This document shows positions 30,006 to 39,564 of a DNA stretch of 64,000 bases, piece after piece. The notes under the pieces are model-generated. The model worked only from the letters and a program-made list of their open reading frames with translations. It was not told the origin of the DNA and made no database searches. This DNA comes from Candidatus Altimarinota bacterium (GTDB lineage Bacteria; Patescibacteriota; Gracilibacteria; UBA1369): assembly GCA_963677745.1 (NCBI GenBank), contig OY782391.1:512001-576000 (forward strand), read 5' to 3'. The position numbers and the translations under genes are program-made. Within the stretch, counting starts at the first letter, position 1; the number at the start of each line of letters is the position of its first letter.

Positions 30006-31772
30006 TTATTGGGAAATGTGGACAAAAGCTTCGGCACTGATTTTGTTTTTTTCCACGCCTCCGGAGGCAACCGCCAAACTCTTGAAGGGCAGAACATAAG
30101 ACTTGATCTGTTCGTACTGTGTCAAATCTTCGGTCTTCCCGCTGATTTCATTAACCAGTTTCAACACCCTGTCCGCATAAACAAAAAACTGACTGGGAGA
30201 CAGATAACTTACGCCTTTGTCCGCCCCGCGCAGATAAGACAGGGCTTGCTTGTATTCCGGAGCCTCGGCGACGGTCGGTGATTTACCGTATACTTTTTCC
30301 AGATCGGGCTTGAAAGCGATTACCAGTATATTCTCCGGTAAAACACCATAGTAAAATTCAATTTTTTGCCCGCTGAGTTTCTTTGTTATCTCGGACGGAG
30401 CTCCTACCAGTAAAGAATCTATGTTGACCGCAATTTTCCACAATTTCCCCTGGATCACTTCCTCTTTTGACAAAAAAACATCCAGTTCAGGATTCTCCAC
30501 CATGGCCTGTACCCATATTTCATCAACCGCCTGGCTGATTTTACCCGCCACTTTAACCGCTCCCGCAGGATTGCCGCTGACATCAAAATAGACTCCCAGG
30601 GCAGGGACAGTGGAATCGGTATCTTCCAGCACAAACGCATAGCCTTTATCCAGAAAACTTAAAACGTCCTTCTCCAAATCAAGATCCTGACCGGCCAGAA
30701 ATTCTTTCATTTGTGACAGGCCGTCTTTCATTTCGGCATCGGTTTCAGACAGTTTCAAAAAATTCTCATAAACGGATTTCAGATTATAGGCCTCTGAATA
30801 GATTACCGGATATTTCGAAGGAATTTTTTCGGCCAGATAAGATTTGGAGATTTGACCGGACTTGGTCAAATCGGCATTTTCCTTCCCCAGAAGATTGGCC
30901 GATAACCTGATTCCATCCTTTTCCAGGGACATAATGATCGTTTCAGACTCTACCATATCTATCCTGCTGTCACTGACCCCCGCCGAACTCATTGCTTGAA
31001 TCACCTGCTCTCCATCGGTACCGATTTTTTTCAGGAAATCTACCAGTTTGGGGAAATCGCCGTAAACGAAAGCAACCGAAGGAAGATATTGCTTCATTGC
31101 CCTCTGATAAACCTGGTTATTGTTGAGAACAACATTATTAATACTTACATTATCCAATCCCGACTTAAACGTCTGCAAGTCGGTGAAAACAAAAGCCACA
31201 TCCTTCATCCGAACCAGCATCGACTGGGCCTTTTCGGGGTCTTTTTGGGTGAAATAGTTGTAATCGTTATATACCTCCCGGGACAAAGTCCCCTTTTCCA
31301 CCTGTTTATTTAAAAGATCGTCGAACTTGCCTTCATCGGCAAGAGTCATCGCCAGAATGGCATTAAGATTTTCCAGCGCCGGAGTTTTACCGGGAGCGGT
31401 AGCCAGGTAGATTTCTGTTTTTGGGCTCAGCATCGGCAAAAGATCTTTTTCCAGATCCAGTCCGGTATCATCAAGATTAGCCCCCTCCTCAAAGCCCGTC
31501 TTAAACTCGTTCACCAGCATCCCCAAAGGATCATTGGGAAAATAAGAGTTCAGCTGTTTTAGATTGGCCAGTTGCTGATCATCACGCGTTCCCAATTTGG
31601 CCAGAAGAAAGGTGTCGGCCGGAAACGCCGCCTCAATATTCACACCTTTTTCAGACACAAACCTTCCCGTAAGCAGAGGAGTCTGTTGACAGGCGGACAG
31701 AAATATTAGACCAAAAAACCCCAGGGCTAGAACCCCGGGAGCTAAATTATTTACTCTTGAGTTTCCAGCCAT
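30006..31772 (-). CDS. Lipoprotein, DUF3352-like
   Basis: LSAC lipobox; two repeats of L-D-L-E-K-D-x-L-x-x-L. Confidence 0.65.
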   Translation of the reverse strand: MAGNSRVNNLAPGVLALGFFGLIFLSACQQTPLLTGRFVSEKGVNIEAAFPADTFLLAKLGTRDDQQLANLKQLNSYFPNDPLGMLVNEFKTGFEEGANLDDTGLDLEKDLLPMLSPKTEIYLATAPGKTPALENLNAILAMTLADEGKFDDLLNKQVEKGTLSREVYNDYNYFTQKDPEKAQSMLVRMKDVAFVFTDLQTFKSGLDNVSINNVVLNNNQVYQRAMKQYLPSVAFVYGDFPKLVDFLKKIGTDGEQVIQAMSSAGVSDSRIDMVESETIIMSLEKDGIRLSANLLGKENADLTKSGQISKSYLAEKIPSKYPVIYSEAYNLKSVYENFLKLSETDAEMKDGLSQMKEFLAGQDLDLEKDVLSFLDKGYAFVLEDTDSTVPALGVYFDVSGNPAGAVKVAGKISQAVDEIWVQAMVENPELDVFLSKEEVIQGKLWKIAVNIDSLLVGAPSEITKKLSGQKIEFYYGVLPENILVIAFKPDLEKVYGKSPTVAEAPEYKQALSYLRGADKGVSYLSPSQFFVYADRVLKLVNEISGKTEDLTQYEQIKSYVLPFKSLAVASGGVEKNKISAEAFVHISQ

Positions 31773-31796
31773 GGGGAAAACATTAAATTTTAAAAT

Positions 31797-31979
31797 TTAT
31801 TTTGAAGCCTTCTTGGTATCTTTACGCTTAAAATCAACATGTTTGCGGCAAACCTTGCAGAACATACTTAATTCCTTGGCGATCTTGTCGTTATTTTTCT
31901 TGTTGTAGGCCGTGGTTTTCTTGGGGGTATTACAGACGGTACAATACCAGGTACAGAATGTGCTTTTTCCTTTTGCCAT
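31797..31979 (-). CDS. rpmG: 50S ribosomal protein L33 (Zn-binding form)
   Basis: CTVC...YNKKNN...LSMFCKVCRKH. Confidence 0.85.
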   Translation of the reverse strand: MAKGKSTFCTWYCTVCNTPKKTTAYNKKNNDKIAKELSMFCKVCRKHVDFKRKDTKKASK

Positions 31980-32027
31980 ATTATAAAAATTGCTAATATT
32001 TTACCCCAGGAGTCTAGCCTATATTGG

Positions 32028-32774
32028 CTAATAGTCAAGCTTAATCTGACTCCTCTCCGCCTTCGGCCAAGCCGCTGGAGAAGCTGATTTCCCGTACTTA
32101 ATATAAACGGCCGCCAAGCCCAAAACCGCAATTAACAAAAGCCCAGTCCAGAACCACCCCCAGCCACCCCAATTTTCTCCGTCCCGGGTTGTAAACGGTA
32201 AATTCAAGGCTTCCAGCAAAGCCGTTTCATTCAAATCGGCTGCCTGGACAACCGGTGCCGCTAAAACAGCCCCCTTAGACATTTCCGGTACCGGTTTCCC
32301 TTCAATAAAAACTCCTAAATCAGCAGTTTGAGTGACCGTTTTAACTGCATCCACATTGGACCCGACTGTCCCGGCACTCCAAATCACGGCAGATAAATCC
32401 TTCCGGCCGTTATCGAATGTACTTAAAACCTGATTCTCAAAGCTGGTAACAGCCGGCGCCCGGCTGGACATCTTAAAGGAAGCCAAAATCCCATCGGACA
32501 CCGCCGGAAGCTCTTTGGCTTTCATACTTATTCCCAAGACCAGTTTCCCCTGGTCCGGTAAAGCTTTTGCCATCACCAACGGCTTTTGATCCAGAGACAG
32601 GTTTTGAAAAATCCGGCCATTCTCCATTCCCATAAAATCCCCTTCCAAAAATCCCTTTTCAAACCTGATATCGGCAGCCAGTCCCAAAAAATTTGCCGGC
32701 AAATCTTTGCCCGTCAGATCATAACGCGTTGTACCATCGGCCAAACCGGCACTCTGCAAAAAAATTTCCGTCAT
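32028..32774 (-). CDS. Cohesin-like protein with a C-terminal membrane anchor
   Basis: Beta-rich N-terminal domain (FLGLAADIRFE...DGILASFKM), a linker, then TM WFWTGLLLIAVLGLAAVYI and a basic tail. Confidence 0.55.
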   Translation of the reverse strand: MTEIFLQSAGLADGTTRYDLTGKDLPANFLGLAADIRFEKGFLEGDFMGMENGRIFQNLSLDQKPLVMAKALPDQGKLVLGISMKAKELPAVSDGILASFKMSSRAPAVTSFENQVLSTFDNGRKDLSAVIWSAGTVGSNVDAVKTVTQTADLGVFIEGKPVPEMSKGAVLAAPVVQAADLNETALLEALNLPFTTRDGENWGGWGWFWTGLLLIAVLGLAAVYIKYGKSASPAAWPKAERSQIKLDY

Positions 32775-32812
32775 TTTTATAATATTTAGCTTATAAATCC
32801 TGCCAGATGGAC

Positions 32813-32849
32813 GGCCTGGCGCCGCCGGAAAATTCCGGCGGCGCCGGCC
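32813..32849. other. Very stable intergenic hairpin
   Basis: ggcgccgccggaa-aa-ttccggcggcgcc, a 13-bp perfect inverted repeat. Confidence 0.8.
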
Positions 32850-32861
32850 TCCCCTAAAAAA

Positions 32862-34391
32862 CTACTGGTACCTTTGGGCAAAAGCAGCCCCGATATCAAT
32901 TAAATCACTGCCGTTAATTAGACCGTCATAAGTCGTATCGACCAGGGCATCAAACCCTGCAGCCTGATCGTCCTCGGCAAAATGCCTGGCCAGTCTTTCC
33001 AGATCACGTCCATCCACCAAATCGGACCGGTTATTATCGCCCTTTATACCACGACCTTCCTGCGCCGAAATCCCAACCGATGTACTGAGCCGGTCTCCTT
33101 TGACCGCCGTAATTCTGTACTGATAAATCAACCCCGGAACAATATTTCCTCCGCCGGCAACTCCGTCCTGATCGATAAATTCAGTGGCATTCACCCCACC
33201 CAGCACCTTCCAGACACCATGGGCGTCCATCCTTTCCACGCGATAATGATCGGGAACGGACCCCGAAGCGGTCCAGCTTAATTCAATCTGATACCTGCCC
33301 ATACCTTGTGTCGCCTGCAAATTGGTAACAGGTTCAACTAAGATAAGACCCGTCTCCAGACTGGCCGGAACCATCGATATAGTCATATCGGCGGACGGTG
33401 TCGAAGAAAAAGATTCCGGGCCGAAACTCACCTGCATGGAGGAACCTGAATCCGACAAAACCTTGAAAATCACCTCAAATAAATCTCCCGAACCGCTGCG
33501 GCCCAGCTTGGGATTGATGGTCCGTGCCTCCGCCACCAGCAGTTGTCCGGGGTGACCGGCCTTCAGGCCGCTTTGGAATGAAGTTCCCACGGCACCGGAT
33601 TCATTAAGGAAAGTTCCGACTGCCGCGCTCTGAAATTCCAAAACCGCCGGATCATAAATCAGCTCATGACCATAGGCAAACAGGTCGGTTACATTTTCCG
33701 CTTTCACCGACAAAACAACATTTTGGCCGGCCTGAACCCCGCCCGCCGGAAATTCTGCCTTAATTCTGGTCTGTTGGGCAGACGAGACGGAAACCGAATT
33801 GAGTTGTCCGGGAGTTCCGATAATCAAAGCGCCGGCGGAAGCCAAAGCCCCCGAACCGCCAATCGACGCGGCAAAGTTGGCAGCCGTATCGCCCGTCAAA
33901 GCAGCAACTCTTTCCATAGTTGAAAAGCCACTGGAAGACCCGGCATACCAGACTCCCCCGCTGCCGTTGACGGTATCGATCACAGCCGCCGAAGAATCCA
34001 CCAGCTGAAGCGAATCACCGGTGTTGGCCAACGACATATTATACATAAATCCGGCCGTCACGTTGGAAACCGCATTCTCACTATCCTCAATCAAAGTATA
34101 GCTGTTGGCCGAAATAGTGGCCCCCGCCGGAAAAGTAAAAGCATCAGCCCCGTCATCACGCAGCTTCCAGCCGGACAGATCCACCGCCGCGCCCGTGGTG
34201 TTATAAAGTTCAATCCACTCATCATTGGCGGAATCGGCCGACCCGGCCCAGGCCACCTCGTTTATCACCACCGCGCCGGGCGCGGCAGCCTTCACCTCCT
34301 CTCCCCACATCATCCCCGTGAGCAGGGTCACTCCCAACAAACCGACTTGGCCTGTCGCCAATCTTTTTCTGTTCTTCTCGGAAAAAATCAT
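32862..34391 (-). CDS. Secreted lamin-tail + cohesin + FN3 + dockerin protein
   Basis: VVINEVAWAG...DEWIELYN...DLSGW (LTD); VTDLFAY...YDPAVLEF...GSGDL (cohesin); LSW...YRV...YQYRITAV (FN3); GDNNRSDLVDGRDL...DTTYDGLINGSDL (dockerin). Confidence 0.8.
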   Translation of the reverse strand: MIFSEKNRKRLATGQVGLLGVTLLTGMMWGEEVKAAAPGAVVINEVAWAGSADSANDEWIELYNTTGAAVDLSGWKLRDDGADAFTFPAGATISANSYTLIEDSENAVSNVTAGFMYNMSLANTGDSLQLVDSSAAVIDTVNGSGGVWYAGSSSGFSTMERVAALTGDTAANFAASIGGSGALASAGALIIGTPGQLNSVSVSSAQQTRIKAEFPAGGVQAGQNVVLSVKAENVTDLFAYGHELIYDPAVLEFQSAAVGTFLNESGAVGTSFQSGLKAGHPGQLLVAEARTINPKLGRSGSGDLFEVIFKVLSDSGSSMQVSFGPESFSSTPSADMTISMVPASLETGLILVEPVTNLQATQGMGRYQIELSWTASGSVPDHYRVERMDAHGVWKVLGGVNATEFIDQDGVAGGGNIVPGLIYQYRITAVKGDRLSTSVGISAQEGRGIKGDNNRSDLVDGRDLERLARHFAEDDQAAGFDALVDTTYDGLINGSDLIDIGAAFAQRYQ

Positions 34392-34478
34392 ATTAAGCAG
34401 GTTAGGAATAATTTACAAACCGGCCGGTTCGCGTCATCACCCTACCTGATGGTCATTATCGCTCCTTAAAATAAATCT

Positions 34479-34513
34479 AAAAAAGTCCCATACGCCGTGA
34501 TGGTGTATGGGAC
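34479..34513 (-). terminator. Rho-independent terminator
   Basis: Minus strand reads gtcccatacacc-atcac-ggcgtatgggac-tttttt. Confidence 0.8.
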
Positions 34514-34563
34514 CAGTTTTTCAGCAGACCTTTCTGGTCCGGAACGGGTCTACCCGATAACAT

Positions 34564-35163
34564 TTATTCCTGTACGGTATCAGTATCTTGTTCCGTAGTT
34601 TGACCACTGTTCTGAGCAGCCTTACCTTTACCAAATCTGTCTTTGAACTTTCCTTTCTGGGAAGGTGTTATGCCGTTTTTCTCCAGAATCTGGTGTACCA
34701 GTTCCCGGTCGTTGGCGGCCAGGGCAGCTTTCAGTTCGGCCTTCACGGCATCGGAAAGTTTTTGCACTTCCGGCAAATCGAGAGGGTTCCCTTTCATTCT
34801 CCCACGCATTCCCCCCATACCCAACCCTGCCGGCATTTTCAAATCCTTGGCAATAGTTTTGGCCTGATCATACTGTTCAGACTTAATGGCATCAAATAAC
34901 GCAGACATTTTGGCGAACTCCTCAGCCGTTACCTTGTCGGCAATCAGCTGTCTGCCGGAACCGATCATAAACTGTTTCCAGGCAGTATAGTCAGCCTGAT
35001 CAATCAGTTTCAGCTCATCGATCCGCAAATCCCAGTTCATGGGTTGCTTATCCAGATCATCTTCAGCGGGCAGATTGGCACCGATAGACTGTGCGCCGGC
35101 CATTGATGCTCCAACTGCTACAGTCACCAGCATTCCACTGATAAATTTATTCCTTATTTTCAT
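34564..35163 (-). CDS. Secreted helical hypothetical protein (likely ECF target)
   Basis: Signal peptide and GMGGMRG low-complexity segment; ECF-like promoter upstream. Confidence 0.7.
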   Translation of the reverse strand: MKIRNKFISGMLVTVAVGASMAGAQSIGANLPAEDDLDKQPMNWDLRIDELKLIDQADYTAWKQFMIGSGRQLIADKVTAEEFAKMSALFDAIKSEQYDQAKTIAKDLKMPAGLGMGGMRGRMKGNPLDLPEVQKLSDAVKAELKAALAANDRELVHQILEKNGITPSQKGKFKDRFGKGKAAQNSGQTTEQDTDTVQE

Positions 35164-35229
35164 AGTTGCTGTTATTGGTTAATATTTAATTTTACCTTGA
35201 AAAGATTCCATGGCATCTTTCACTGATTA

Positions 35230-35257
35230 ATACACCGGTCTAAAATTTTTTATTACA
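35230..35257 (-). promoter_or_regulatory. ECF sigma promoter, copy 2
   Basis: Minus strand TGTAAT-17 nt-TGTAT. Confidence 0.65.
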
Positions 35258-35296
35258 AAAAAACACCCGCTGCAGACATGCTGCTAAGATTGCTGC

Positions 35297-36070
35297 TTAC
35301 TGGACCGGAACCGGCGGTGGAGGCAGTGGTTTACCCTTTCTGACAACCTGCATCATCATCTTTACATTAACTCCCTTTTTGAATCTCAGATCTTCCGCCC
35401 TGAAATGATCCCCATCAAGCACCCGTCCGACAGCGAATATCATTTGCCCGGCCTTTAATTCCCTACCCGCCATTCTGTCGGCCAGCGGCGGCACCATTTC
35501 CACCTCCCAGACATTCTCGCGCAAATCCACCAGCTCAAACAAAGATCTGGATTGTATAGTCAAAATCCGCCCCGGTAGAATTCCCATTTCCGGAAGATTG
35601 AATCTGGCTTCCCGTTGATTTTCCATGGCCTCATAAAAAGGCAAATGGGAGCGCATGGCTTCCTCAAAGCGTTCGGTTGCACTGCTCAAATAGATTGTCC
35701 CGGCCAGACTGGTCGACAGCATTATTGCCCCCAGCACCACCCAACCCGGACTGTACTTGTAACCGCTGCCGGTTTTCTCAAAAGCAACCGTCACCAGCCA
35801 CAATATAATTATCAGCAAAGCAATCCACACCAGCGGCAACACTTCAAACACCCGGGGAGCTCCCTTCTCTCCAAACAGCGAAACAAATTCCCAGTCCAGA
35901 TTATTAAGTTTCAAAAGCACAATACTCATTACCAGCCCACCGGTAATAATTGCCATCACCAGAGCAATAATCAGCATTACTCTGGCCAGCGCAAACTGCC
36001 AGCGCGGACGGGGTTTGATACCGTCATGCTTGATTTTTCCCAGAATATTTTTACTGATATTGTCACTCAT
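35297..36070 (-). CDS. Membrane protein, putative anti-sigma factor
   Basis: Overlaps the sigma factor stop; three TM helices and a C-terminal OB-like region. Confidence 0.65.
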   Translation of the reverse strand: MSDNISKNILGKIKHDGIKPRPRWQFALARVMLIIALVMAIITGGLVMSIVLLKLNNLDWEFVSLFGEKGAPRVFEVLPLVWIALLIIILWLVTVAFEKTGSGYKYSPGWVVLGAIMLSTSLAGTIYLSSATERFEEAMRSHLPFYEAMENQREARFNLPEMGILPGRILTIQSRSLFELVDLRENVWEVEMVPPLADRMAGRELKAGQMIFAVGRVLDGDHFRAEDLRFKKGVNVKMMMQVVRKGKPLPPPPVPVQ

Positions 36071-36698
36071 ATTTGAGTAGATTAAACTTTATAGCCAGTT
36101 CCTTGAAAGCCTCTTTAGCCCGTCCCAGTATCACGCCGACCGTCCCCAACGGTTTTTTCAGAACATAACTTATTTCATTGTAATCGTAATCCTCCAGATA
36201 ACGCAGAATCAGAATTTCCCGGTAGTCCTCTCGCAGATGAGCCAGAACTTCCCTGACTTTGAACGCCGTTTCCTTTTTTTCAATTTCCATCTGCACGTTT
36301 TCTTCACTGGCCAGTACTTTCAAAAGGGTAATTCCCTCTCCGTCCTCCGCTTCCAGACTGACGGCAGCCTGTTGCCGGTTTTTCCTCAGATAATTAAGTG
36401 CCTCATTGTGAGCGATCCGGTAAATCCAGCTGGAGAAAGGCAGTTTTTGATTGAAAGCGTTAAGATTGCGGTAAACCTTGATCATGGTTTCCTGGAAAAT
36501 ATCCTCGGCAAAATGACTGTTGGCTCCGGTAAAATAATTCAGATAACGCATCAATTTCTTTTCATAGCGCCCGATAATAAGAGCAAACTTTTCAGCGTCC
36601 CCCAGCGCCATCCGGACCAGTTCGGCATCATCCGGTACAGTCTTGGCGTCCGCCACAACGGCAGATTCATCCTGTTTTTTAGGATCATTCGGGATCAC
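36063..36698 (-). CDS. ECF RNA polymerase sigma factor
   Basis: D-x-ELV, AEDIFQE, FSSWIYRIAHN, YREILILRY, EIS-x-VL-x-KPLGTV. Confidence 0.95.
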   Translation of the reverse strand: MIPNDPKKQDESAVVADAKTVPDDAELVRMALGDAEKFALIIGRYEKKLMRYLNYFTGANSHFAEDIFQETMIKVYRNLNAFNQKLPFSSWIYRIAHNEALNYLRKNRQQAAVSLEAEDGEGITLLKVLASEENVQMEIEKKETAFKVREVLAHLREDYREILILRYLEDYDYNEISYVLKKPLGTVGVILGRAKEAFKELAIKFNLLKYE

Positions 36699-36724
36699 TG
36701 GATTATTTTTATTATTACTCTTCT

Positions 36725-36752
36725 ATACAAGCAGTCCGGCCAAAAAATTACA
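36725..36752 (-). promoter_or_regulatory. ECF sigma autoregulatory promoter, copy 1
   Basis: Minus strand TGTAAT-17 nt-TGTAT, 26 nt before the sigma start. Confidence 0.65.
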
Positions 36753-36818
36753 ATAAAAACCGTACCGCTCGATTATTGTAACGGTACAAACCTCCAATTC
36801 AATAACCAATACCACCCT

Positions 36819-38333
36819 TTATAATTTCTGCTTTTCCGCGCGTTCCAAAGCCCGGTAACCAAGTGTGAAAAGCGCCCGTCCCGTGGTCCGGTTATACTGG
36901 ATCTGGTCCGGCTGTTTTCTTATAGCTTTGAAGATCTGATCAAAAGGCAGTTCGCCCGTCTGTTGCAAACCTTTCCGCAAAACTGATTTGTCGGGACCTT
37001 CATGCAATGCCATCGTGGAAACGAGTGGCATCAGGGCGATGGTCAGACCGTAGGTGTCTTCAGCATTGGTCTCCGCGCCGGTATAGGTCATCTGACTGAC
37101 AGGAAAAGGCAGTTCGGATTTGGCGATCTGCATACCGACCGCACATAATTCATGAAAAACCACCGGAGGCAAATCCCCTCCCAAACGCACTTCACTGTCG
37201 GCGCCAACATTAATGGTGATTGGCTGATTAATCCTGATCCTCATATCCAGGGCATTACCGGCCTTGGGAAACCTCCTGGACAGATAAACGTGGGTAGCTT
37301 CATGCCTGATATAATCATTAACAACCTGCCTTTCAAAATCAGGGCTGCTATTCACATCTGCAAAACCTTCGAACGAAGCAACTCTTTTTTTCATACGGCT
37401 GGAGGCGGCGGAAACATTTTCTTTCAGCACGATCATCCTGCTAAAAGTGGCATCACACAAAGCAACATAATCTCCGTTAATACCGGAAAGTTGCTTGGGA
37501 ACCATCGATTTCCCGACTTCCAGTAAGGGTACTGAAATAGTTCCCTGATCATCCGTCATATTCACATATTTTGCCCCTGTAATCTTAAATACATCGAGCC
37601 GCAGCAGGCCGTTCCCCCTGTTCTGCATATCCATATAGATTCCTCCCCGGATCAAATATTCGTTCAGCCTGCCAATCAATGCTTCATGCGAATGATCCCA
37701 GGTCTTGCCGAAGGCTTCCATATCGGCCTTGATCGCCGGATTCATGGATTCGAGCAGACCGGCGATGGCACTCAAAAACTGCCCCATCACCTCCGTGTTT
37801 TTGAGAGGATTTTCAGACAAACGAGGTATCAGATTCTGATTCAACTCCTTTTCCACGCGCGCTGCGTATTTTTTGCAGATTTCCGCATACTTGTTTTCCG
37901 CCAAAGCAGCCGGTTTTTTTGTCATCCGGGCCAAATGGGATTCATATTCGGGAGTCCCCTGATTAACCGTATCCGCAATCATAAAAGTTGGCATAGCGGC
38001 AAAAGTTTTCATTTCCGGTTCGACAAATCGCATTCCACCGCCATTGATGGTTTCGACGGATTTCGGAGAGCTTTCCCCTTTTCCGACTGTGCTTTCCCCT
38101 CTTCCGGCGTCACTTCCCGCGTTTCCCCCGTCAACAGCAGTCAGCGTGAAGGAACTTGAAGAACTCCCTGTAGAATCTGGTTTTGATTTCTGATCCTCGC
38201 AACAGCCTGAAACAGCCGTGCTCACAGCCAATATTGCAGCCATGAGGGCCGGATGACGTGAAAGATGGGGCAAAACACCTGTTTCCTCCACACTCCGCTG
38301 ATCCAAAAAACCGGACAATGATAATTTAGCCAT
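36819..38333 (-). CDS. Hypothetical lipoprotein with an HExxH metallopeptidase motif
   Basis: VSGC lipobox after a long N-region; IRHEATHVY with a downstream HE. Confidence 0.6.
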   Translation of the reverse strand: MAKLSLSGFLDQRSVEETGVLPHLSRHPALMAAILAVSTAVSGCCEDQKSKPDSTGSSSSSFTLTAVDGGNAGSDAGRGESTVGKGESSPKSVETINGGGMRFVEPEMKTFAAMPTFMIADTVNQGTPEYESHLARMTKKPAALAENKYAEICKKYAARVEKELNQNLIPRLSENPLKNTEVMGQFLSAIAGLLESMNPAIKADMEAFGKTWDHSHEALIGRLNEYLIRGGIYMDMQNRGNGLLRLDVFKITGAKYVNMTDDQGTISVPLLEVGKSMVPKQLSGINGDYVALCDATFSRMIVLKENVSAASSRMKKRVASFEGFADVNSSPDFERQVVNDYIRHEATHVYLSRRFPKAGNALDMRIRINQPITINVGADSEVRLGGDLPPVVFHELCAVGMQIAKSELPFPVSQMTYTGAETNAEDTYGLTIALMPLVSTMALHEGPDKSVLRKGLQQTGELPFDQIFKAIRKQPDQIQYNRTTGRALFTLGYRALERAEKQKL

Positions 38334-38365
38334 AAATTTTAAAATTAGGCGATATTATGTCCGAA

Positions 38366-39223
38366 TCAGGCGATTTTGTCAAGTTTGTGTGCCAGTTCAT
38401 GATGTCCCCGGCAAAGCGACCTCAGATTTCCCGGATCCTGCCCGCCTCCCCCGGCAAACCGCCGCAAATGATGAATTTGATCAGCTCTTCGCCCGCATCC
38501 CTCTGCCGAACACCTGCTGCCATGTTTTTGATACATCAGCATCTTCACAGTGACCGGCACATATCTGGACCGGTCTTTCAGCTCATGCTCCATCCTTTCC
38601 TGAATATGCAGCTCTTCAGCTGCAATTTCCTTCTCCCTTTTTTCCAGCATCCCCTTCAACACCTGATTCAGATCCAGTCCTTTCCGCTTCAGTTCATCCA
38701 GTTTCTCCGCCACCTCCGCACTGATTCCCAGCTCGGCCAAAGTTTGTTGAAGCGAACTAATATATTTCACAAACGCTATAGGCGCGTTTGTGTTCTGTGC
38801 GCACAGACTTTTTGCCAGATTTTCAGGCTCCGCAGAGCCATTTTTCTCCTGCATCTCTTTCACTTTGATATCCAGCGACGCATAACTCAACTGCCGGGTC
38901 ATCTCCAGAACCTGCGCGGAATTTTCCACCGTCGCCACCGCAGCTACCCTAGCCAGTTTGCCCGCACTTACTTTCCCATCCACCAGAGCTTCCCGCAGCA
39001 CAGGCATCCGCTCAAATCGCCTTTCCAACCGTAACACTTCATCCACCTGATCACGAGTCATCCCCGCCAATCTTGCCGCGAATTCATAAATCGACCCAAA
39101 CCCCCGTCGTTCAAAAAGTCCCCGTCTATTCACCTCCGGCAGCAGCCCGGCAAATTTCCGCCGCGCCTCCAATGCCCTGGCTCCATATTTTTTACATAAT
39201 CGATAGAGTTGTTTGTCGGTCAT
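38366..39223 (-). CDS. HNH endonuclease with a helical N-terminal domain
   Basis: CSAEGC...IHHLRRFAGGG...NLRSLCRGHHELAH; GFGSIYEFAARLAG in the N-terminal domain. Confidence 0.85.
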   Translation of the reverse strand: MTDKQLYRLCKKYGARALEARRKFAGLLPEVNRRGLFERRGFGSIYEFAARLAGMTRDQVDEVLRLERRFERMPVLREALVDGKVSAGKLARVAAVATVENSAQVLEMTRQLSYASLDIKVKEMQEKNGSAEPENLAKSLCAQNTNAPIAFVKYISSLQQTLAELGISAEVAEKLDELKRKGLDLNQVLKGMLEKREKEIAAEELHIQERMEHELKDRSRYVPVTVKMLMYQKHGSRCSAEGCGRRADQIHHLRRFAGGGGQDPGNLRSLCRGHHELAHKLDKIA

Positions 39224-39405
39224 TTTTCATGATTATTATTTATTAATTATATAGCAGAAACAAGCCAAATAGTGAAGCTCAGACACTGGAAAAACCAACT
39301 CAATTGTGGTCATATCGAACGTCCCAAAAGACGAACCACGACGCCCCAAAACACTCGCAACAACTCTCCAACAAACCTCGCACCCACCCTGGTATAAAAT
39401 TAAAT

Positions 39406-39433
39406 TTGCATCCCCCCTTGTATATGTTAAAAT
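39406..39433 (+). promoter_or_regulatory. Promoter of tRNA-Thr
   Basis: TTGCAT-16 nt-TAAAAT with an extended TG. Confidence 0.55.
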
Positions 39434-39564
39434 CAGCGCGCAATTGCCCCTGCGAAGCGACAATTCCCCAATTGTCCTCGCCAAGCGGCAATCCGCAACA
39501 ATCACCGGCCGGCAAAGCAGCATCGCCGGTCAGCAAACTCCCGGCCGCAGTCCCTTCGAAACAA

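Noticed and set aside
39544-39551. GCCGCAGT duplicate of the tRNA-Thr 5' end
   Set aside because: Only 8 nt; cannot be distinguished from chance.
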